A stretch of DNA of 64,000 bases from a bacterium (GTDB lineage: Bacteria > UBA10199 > 2-02-FULL-44-16 > JAAZCA01). This document shows positions 58,122 through 64,000 of this stretch, piece after piece (within the stretch, counting starts at the first letter, position 1; the number at the start of each line of letters is the position of its first letter). The notes below the pieces were generated by a model. That model ran no database searches, was not told the origin of the DNA, and saw nothing but the letters and a program-made list of their open reading frames with translations. Both the position numbers and the translations under genes were made by a program. Location: the NCBI GenBank assembly GCA_963674695.2, contig CAXXGI010000001.1:832001-896000 (forward strand), in the 5' to 3' direction.

Positions 58122-59642
58122 TTATGCTCCGCAATCTGCTGCACATCCTGCACCCTGCAGAAATTCACGCAACACCGCACGATCGTCGAATGAACGACGC
58201 TCATGCCCAACAATCTGATAATCCTCGTGCCCCTTGCCCGCGACGAGCAACACATCGCCCAGCCGCGACGCTTTCACCGCGCGTTCGATCGCCGCACGTC
58301 GATCGATGATGACCTCAAACCCACGGTCCCCTGCAAACGGCATCGCCTTGTCGCAAACGCCGGGGAGAATCTCCTCGATGATGGCCGCAGGATCCTCCGT
58401 GCGCGGGTTATCGCTCGTGACGATCACCACATCGGCGCCAACAGCGACCGCACGACCCATCAGCGGACGCTTGGCGCGATCGCGATCGCCGCCACAGCCG
58501 AAGACGACAACAAGACGTCCGCCCGCCGGGGCGACGAGTTCCCGCGCATGCGCGACGACATTCTCGAGCGCGTCGGGGGTATGGGCATAATCGACAATCG
58601 CGAGCACGCCGCGGTCGTTGGGCACCGCCTCAAAGCGACCCGGCACGGCGCGCATCCCTTCGAGCGCCCGCTGGATCACCGAAGCCTCGATGCCACACCG
58701 CCACGCCACCGCCACCGCAGCCAGGACGTTGGAGGCGTTGAAGCGTCCGCACAGGGGCGTGCGACACGCCCACATGCCGTCGGGCGTAGCGATCGTCATG
58801 CCGATTCCCGCCGCATCGCAGAAGAGATCATAGCCGCGCACGTCGGCGTCATGTTCCAATCCGTAGCGCACGACCGGAACCGTGAGTCGCGCGGCAAGCT
58901 CGCGGCCGCGCGGATCATCGACATTGATCACCGCATGGGCCCCATCCTTCCCCTCATGCGTCAGCCGCTCCTCGAAGAGGCGTGCCTTCGCGGCGAAATA
59001 GGTCTCCATATCCCCGTGGTAATCGAGATGCTCCGGTGTGAGATTCGTAAAGACCGCCGCATCGAATTGACACCCCGTCGCGCGCTCCTGTTCGAGTGCA
59101 TGCGAGCTGACCTCCATGGCACACGCATCGACCCCCGCATCCACCATATCGCGCAGGAGTCGTTGCAGATCGAGCGAGAGCGGCGTGGTATGCGGCGCGC
59201 GAAATGATTGGCCCGCATAGCGATAGGCGACGGTCCCGATGACGCCTGGACGACGGCCCGCCTCGGCCAGGATCGCCTCGAGGATCCAGGTGGTGGTGGT
59301 CTTGCCGTTCGTCCCGGTCACGCCGATCAGACACATCTCGCCGGAGGGATCGCGCAGCAACCGCACGGCCATGTGCGCGAGCGCAATCGTTGCCGACGGC
59401 ACCAGCACGAGCGTCGTCCCCGCGGGCACGGATATCTCGCGCTCGGCGACGATGGCGACCGCACCGCGGGCCACGGCATCGGGAATGTAGTCATGGCCGT
59501 CGACCCGAGAGCCCGGCATAGCGACGAAACAGACGCCCGCAGAAACCGCATCGGAACGATAGGCGAGATCGGAAATCGCCACACCGCCTTCACCGATCAC
59601 GCGCGCGCCCTCGAGATCCTGTATCAACTCATTTAATCGCAT
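58122..59642 (-). CDS. murE: UDP-MurNAc-dipeptide--meso-DAP ligase
   Basis: GTNGKTT, MEVSSH, HLDYH, DYAHTPD, DNPR, AGKGHE. Confidence 0.96.
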   Translation of the reverse strand: MRLNELIQDLEGARVIGEGGVAISDLAYRSDAVSAGVCFVAMPGSRVDGHDYIPDAVARGAVAIVAEREISVPAGTTLVLVPSATIALAHMAVRLLRDPSGEMCLIGVTGTNGKTTTTWILEAILAEAGRRPGVIGTVAYRYAGQSFRAPHTTPLSLDLQRLLRDMVDAGVDACAMEVSSHALEQERATGCQFDAAVFTNLTPEHLDYHGDMETYFAAKARLFEERLTHEGKDGAHAVINVDDPRGRELAARLTVPVVRYGLEHDADVRGYDLFCDAAGIGMTIATPDGMWACRTPLCGRFNASNVLAAVAVAWRCGIEASVIQRALEGMRAVPGRFEAVPNDRGVLAIVDYAHTPDALENVVAHARELVAPAGGRLVVVFGCGGDRDRAKRPLMGRAVAVGADVVIVTSDNPRTEDPAAIIEEILPGVCDKAMPFAGDRGFEVIIDRRAAIERAVKASRLGDVLLVAGKGHEDYQIVGHERRSFDDRAVLREFLQGAGCAADCGA

Positions 59643-59659
59643 ATGATTCACGCTTCCCG

Positions 59660-61699
59660 TCACAACAACGGGGAAAACTCCACGGTGCAGGTTTCATCAT
59701 CATGCAGGGTCGCTCCCGCCTTTGGCGTCTGTCGCACCGCAAGCCCGGAGCCGACAATCTGCAGATCGATCTGAGCACCCCGCGATGCCTGCAAGACCTG
59801 GCGCATCGAGAGTCCCTGAAAATCAGGGAGACGCCAAGATTGCCCTTCGCGAACGATCGTCCGCTGGCCGATCGCAACCGCCGGCTGCACGGGGACCTCA
59901 TTTCCATCCGCCTCGAGGGATTCCCGCACAACGGCATCGGCCACACCGCGCGCGGGCAACTGCGCCAGCACCGTCTCCGATGCCACCGATGGCTGCCCGG
60001 GGACCTTGAAGTAGGGCAACACCTCTTCGACGATGCTTCGAAATGCGGGCGCGGCCACCTGCCCACCGTAATAGGCGCGGCCACGCGGTTCATCGATGCT
60101 GACATAGACGACGATGCGTGGATCCTGCGCCGGTGCAAACCCGATGAAGGAGGAATGATATTTTCCTTTCACATAGCCGCCGGTGTGCGCATCGGCCTTC
60201 TGCGCCGTTCCCGTCTTGCCCGCCGTATCGTATTCGAGGCTCGCCGCGAGCGTCCCCGTTCCGCCCGGTCCGGTCACACGGGAGAGCAGGCGGCGCATGA
60301 TCGCGGAGGTCTCCGGGCGAATAGGTCGCGCCACCACCTGCGATTCAGTGCTCGAGAGAATCGCACCATCCTCGTCGAGAACGCGTTTGATGATGTAGGG
60401 TTTCATGAGTTTTCCGCCGTTGGCGATAGCGGAGAACGCCATGGACATCTGCAACGGCGTGGCGGCGATCCCCTGACCAAAGGCGATCGTCGCAAACTGC
60501 AGCTCCGACCAGTGCGACTCCGGCGAAAGAATCCCCGCCGATTCGCCGGGCATGCCCAGCGCCGTCTGATTGCCAAATCCGAACGCGAGGATATGCTCCT
60601 CGAGGCGCTTGCGCCCTAAACGCTGCTCCACCTTATAGGCGCCGATATTGCTCGAGACCTTGATGATATCGGCGACCGAGAGCTTCCCGTGTGGATGTGC
60701 ATCGCGCACGACATCGGGCCCGATCGTGATGCGCCCATTTTCGCAGTTGAAGATTTCGTCAACGTCGACCACGCTGTCGTCGATGGCGGAAGCGACCACG
60801 ATCACCTTGAAGGTCGAACCCGGCTCATAGGCATCCATGATCGCATGGTTCTTCCAGTTTTCGATCGCATAGCTCCCATACTCGTTCGGATCGAAGGTCG
60901 GAATGTTCGCCATCGCCAGGATCGCGCCGCTGCGCACATCGATGACCAGGGCCGTTCCCCCGCGCGCGTTGGCATCTTTGACGGCACGCGCGAGCGAACG
61001 CTCGGTGATATACTGCACCGTCTTATCGATGGTCAGCTCCACGTCGCGCAGGCGCACCACGTCTTCTTCTCCAGGCGAGAGATAGAGGTGACCGCGCGCA
61101 TCGCGCTTGAGCTCACCGCTGCTATTCCGCGCGGTGAGCACCTCATCGGCGGCCAGTTCCACGCCGCCGAGCGGCTCGGAATCGAAACCCACCGCGCCCA
61201 GGACGGAGGCCGCCAGCATGCCGTTCGGATAAAAACGTCGGCTCTCGCGCATCATGTGAATTCCCGGGAACCCCATCGCCTGCACCGCCTCCGATTCTTT
61301 CTCCGTCACGCGCCTCTTGACCCAGACGAACTTGCGCTGTCCCGACAAGCGACCCAGGATCTTTCGTCGATCGAGATCAAGCACCGAGGAGAGCGCCTTG
61401 GCCGCCGCAACCGGCTCCTTGATCTCGCGCGGATTGGCGAAAATCGAGTCGGTCATGACATCGATGGCCAACTCACGTCCCGTCGCATCGAGGATGCGAC
61501 CGCGCCGCGTGCTCTGCCGAACGGCGGTGCGATACTGCCGCATCGCGACGCGTTCGAGATGATCGTTGTCCTTCAGGTGAAAGATAACCGCACGGCACAA
61601 CAAAATTCCAAAACAGATCGCAAACAAGCCGCCAACCGCGAATACGCGCTTTGCACTCAGAACATCATCGCTGCGTTCAACGGTTCGATAGCGGGGCAC
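59660..61699 (-). CDS. ftsI: Septal transpeptidase PBP3 with PASTA domain
   Basis: RG.I.D, EPGSTFK, SSN, KTGTAQK. Confidence 0.94.
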   Translation of the reverse strand: MPRYRTVERSDDVLSAKRVFAVGGLFAICFGILLCRAVIFHLKDNDHLERVAMRQYRTAVRQSTRRGRILDATGRELAIDVMTDSIFANPREIKEPVAAAKALSSVLDLDRRKILGRLSGQRKFVWVKRRVTEKESEAVQAMGFPGIHMMRESRRFYPNGMLAASVLGAVGFDSEPLGGVELAADEVLTARNSSGELKRDARGHLYLSPGEEDVVRLRDVELTIDKTVQYITERSLARAVKDANARGGTALVIDVRSGAILAMANIPTFDPNEYGSYAIENWKNHAIMDAYEPGSTFKVIVVASAIDDSVVDVDEIFNCENGRITIGPDVVRDAHPHGKLSVADIIKVSSNIGAYKVEQRLGRKRLEEHILAFGFGNQTALGMPGESAGILSPESHWSELQFATIAFGQGIAATPLQMSMAFSAIANGGKLMKPYIIKRVLDEDGAILSSTESQVVARPIRPETSAIMRRLLSRVTGPGGTGTLAASLEYDTAGKTGTAQKADAHTGGYVKGKYHSSFIGFAPAQDPRIVVYVSIDEPRGRAYYGGQVAAPAFRSIVEEVLPYFKVPGQPSVASETVLAQLPARGVADAVVRESLEADGNEVPVQPAVAIGQRTIVREGQSWRLPDFQGLSMRQVLQASRGAQIDLQIVGSGLAVRQTPKAGATLHDDETCTVEFSPLL

Positions 61700-62114
61700 G
61701 CGTATTCACTCCTTCTTTGTCATTCAGCATCCGGCCTGTGCCTTCATTCGAAACGAAACCATTCGCCTCAGGAACGACCGTCACGATCTCATCGGCCTGC
61801 GGCGGACGCATGCCATAGCGTTCGCGTGCGATGCGCTCCAACCGTTCCGCCCGCTTGAGCGAAGCCACCTCGGCCTGGATCGCGTTGCGCTGTTCCTTCA
61901 AATCCGTCACCTCGCGCCGCAGACGGCTGACGCCATAACCGAGCTGAATCACCTCGATGCGCGTCCAGACGAAGACGAGCGCCAAAACCATGACGACGCC
62001 CAGGAGCATGATGCCATGGCGCAGATGACGACGACGAACCGCCGCCGACTTTCGGGCTACCGGCTGTCGCCGGACCGCACTGAACGCGGGAACACTGTTG
62101 ACCACTGCTCGCAT
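61677..62114 (-). CDS. ftsL: Cell division protein FtsL
   Basis: TM plus coiled coil, RLERIARERYGM..P; between rsmH and ftsI. Confidence 0.85.
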   Translation of the reverse strand: MRAVVNSVPAFSAVRRQPVARKSAAVRRRHLRHGIMLLGVVMVLALVFVWTRIEVIQLGYGVSRLRREVTDLKEQRNAIQAEVASLKRAERLERIARERYGMRPPQADEIVTVVPEANGFVSNEGTGRMLNDKEGVNTRAPLSNR

Positions 62115-62150
62115 CCTGTCGCCCGCTCCTCTCAGACCCGTCGCCAGAGA

Positions 62151-63062
62151 TCATTCGGCACGGCGCTCGATGACGCGAAGGCACGCACTGCGCGATCGCG
62201 GATTCGTCTCCACCTCTTGCGGCGACGCGCGAACCACCCGACGCACGGGAAGCGTATACTCCTCTTCCTGTGCGCGCGCACGAAAGGCCCGCTTCACCAT
62301 CCGGTCTTCGAGCGAATGATAGCTGATCACCACCATCCGCCCGCCGGGACCCAGCCGTTCGGGCGCCACCTGCAGAAACCGTTCGAGCTCCACGAGCTCT
62401 TCGTTCACCGCGATACGCAACGCCTGAAACGTACGCGTCGCCGGATGAATCCGCCCGCGACGAGCCGGCGGCGGCACCGCTCGTTCGATGATGCGCGCCG
62501 CCTCTGCGGTCGTAGCGATCGATCCGGCCGCCTTGAGCGCTCGGGCGATGCGTCGCGAATAGCGTTCTTCCCCGTAGGCGTAGATCAGATTCGCGAGCTC
62601 TTCGTCGTCGAGGCGCGCGATGAGTTCCCGTGCCGTCTCGCCCTCTTCGGGATTCATGCGCATATCCAGCGGCCCCTCCTGCCGAAAACTGAGCCCCCGC
62701 TGCGCCTGGTCGAGCTGAAAACTCGACACCCCCAAATCCGCCAACACGCGATCGACCGCGGTGATCCCTTGATCATCGAGTACGTGACCCAATTCGCTCA
62801 TGCGCGCACGAACGATCGTGACGCGATCGCCCTGCTCCTGCAGACGGCGCGTGGCCGCGGCGATGGCCTCCGGATCTCGATCGATGCCAATGAGCCGTCC
62901 TTCTGGAGCCGTCTCTGCGAGCAAGCGCTCGGCATGTCCTGCCCCGCCGAGCGTGACATCGACGATGATCGAGCCGGGTCCTGGCGCGAGCCATTCCACC
63001 ACCTCCTCCACCATGACCGGCTGATGAAAGAAGGCCGATGCGCCACACGCGTCTACCGTCAC
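62151..63062 (-). CDS. rsmH: 16S rRNA m4C1402 methyltransferase
   Basis: HQPVM, D.TLGGAGH, DLGVSS.QLD, PLDMRM, FQALRIAVN, HSLEDR. Confidence 0.97.
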   Translation of the reverse strand: MTVDACGASAFFHQPVMVEEVVEWLAPGPGSIIVDVTLGGAGHAERLLAETAPEGRLIGIDRDPEAIAAATRRLQEQGDRVTIVRARMSELGHVLDDQGITAVDRVLADLGVSSFQLDQAQRGLSFRQEGPLDMRMNPEEGETARELIARLDDEELANLIYAYGEERYSRRIARALKAAGSIATTAEAARIIERAVPPPARRGRIHPATRTFQALRIAVNEELVELERFLQVAPERLGPGGRMVVISYHSLEDRMVKRAFRARAQEEEYTLPVRRVVRASPQEVETNPRSRSACLRVIERRAE

Positions 63063-63412
63063 TGTGTTTCCCCTGGAGCCACCTCGCCGAGAAAGCTGAG
63101 CAACGCCTCTTCGAGCGAACCGTAGACCTCTTCGTCGAGCCCCATCGCTTCGAGGATACGTCGGACGTAGCCGTTCGCGGAGGCCATCTTGAGATCGCCG
63201 CCATCACACTGGAACTCGATGATGCGATCGGCGATGCGTTGCACGAGCTGATAGTCGAGGTGTTTGAGATCGGCGAGATTGAGCAGGACGTTGTGCTGAT
63301 CGCATTCGGCCAACGATCGCAGCACATCCTCGAAGACGTGAAAATTCCGTCGGGAGAGTTCCCCATGGACGCCGACGACCGAGACGTCATGTATGCGCTT
63401 CACTTCAAACAT
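63059..63412 (-). CDS. STAS-domain (anti-sigma factor antagonist-like) protein
   Basis: V.V.GEL, VLLNLADLKHLD, GG.LK, V.RILE..GL; GTGA overlap with rsmH. Confidence 0.85.
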   Translation of the reverse strand: MFEVKRIHDVSVVGVHGELSRRNFHVFEDVLRSLAECDQHNVLLNLADLKHLDYQLVQRIADRIIEFQCDGGDLKMASANGYVRRILEAMGLDEEVYGSLEEALLSFLGEVAPGETQ

Positions 63413-63429
63413 TCCACTCACTCCGATGC

Positions 63430-63567
63430 GGGAAGCAGGAAGCACGAAACACGAAGGAACATCACCGCTCACTTCCTTCATGTGTCATGCTTCCCGCTTC
63501 CAGCCTCCGCTTTCACGCTCTACGCTTCACGAATCACGAGTCACGAGTCACGAGTCACGAGTCACGG
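63430..63567. repeat. Heptamer micro-arrays between mraZ and the STAS gene
   Basis: (GAAGCAC-like)x4 facing (GCTTCCC-like)x6, then (TCACGAG)x5-6. Confidence 0.85.
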
Positions 63568-63570
63568 ATC

Positions 63571-64000
63571 TTAAAGTCCCAAATCAGCCAACCGCTGACC
63601 CAACCCATCGAGCCGCTGCTGCGCGGAGGCAAAGACCATCTCCCAGCGCTCGCGCGACCAGATTTCAAAACGTTTGGTCATCCCGACGATGACCACATCG
63701 CGACTCATCCCCGCATACTCGCGCAGCGTCGGCGGGATGAGGATGCGCCCCTGCCGATCGACGGGGGCCTCGATCGCCGCTGAGATGAAGACGCGCTGGA
63801 GGGCCTTGACCTCCTCCATGAACTGCGGAAGCTCGCCCACCTTGCGCTCCAGCTCCTGCCACTCCGGGACCGGATAGGCCCAGAGGCACTGGTCGAAATT
63901 GGTGACGATGAGACGCTCATCGAAATTCGAGGAGAGGATCTCCCGAAACCGCGAGGGAACGGAGAGCCGCCCCTTCTGGTCGATTTGATGATTGTACCGC
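63571..64000 (-). CDS. mraZ: Transcriptional regulator MraZ (start codon just outside window)
   Basis: IDQKGRLS.P and VDRQGRILIP repeats, EIW. Confidence 0.95.
   Translation of the reverse strand, partial: RYNHQIDQKGRLSVPSRFREILSSNFDERLIVTNFDQCLWAYPVPEWQELERKVGELPQFMEEVKALQRVFISAAIEAPVDRQGRILIPPTLREYAGMSRDVVIVGMTKRFEIWSRERWEMVFASAQQRLDGLGQRLADLGL

Noticed and set aside
22625-63567. CRISPR interpretation of the tandem repeats
   Set aside because: Units are 7-8 bp with no spacers and no cas genes

Overview
GC-rich chromosomal window from a deltaproteobacterium-like organism (Myxococcota/Bdellovibrionota/UBA10199-type gene order; inferred). The housekeeping backbone is carD-ispD-ispF-cysS-uvrB, tRNA-Phe, rlmE, amgK-murU-prfC, a lysine-fermentation cluster (kdd-kamA-kamD-kamE), rmlABCD plus glycosyltransferases, ilvE, a frameshifted acs, a 7-LysM lytic transglycosylase and a dcw cluster running from mraZ (partial) to ftsZ. 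The most interesting signal is non-coding or cryptic. (1) An IS1111-group IS110 element sits inside a long palindromic repeat, and its 3' non-coding end folds into a two-loop bridge/seek RNA whose guides match its own target and donor junctions. (2) A sigma28-like promoter (GCAA-CTTT..N15-[GCC]GA[T]A) occurs five times, in front of cell-wall/secreted genes and two terminator-ended ORF-less RNAs that are complementary to each other, one with a pseudoknot. (3) A roughly 410-nt AT-rich, heavily structured intergenic RNA candidate lies next to a lysine-repeat/SWIB protein gene. (4) Inverted 7-8-mer micro-arrays occur at about 15 gene junctions. (5) There is a family of palindromic MITE-like elements, one of which duplicated a start codon and supplied a new RBS. 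(6) An apparently catalytically dead MurB occupies the canonical dcw slot. (7) Four sigma54 promoters precede orphan genes. All calls come from reading the sequence by eye; no searches or folding programs were run.
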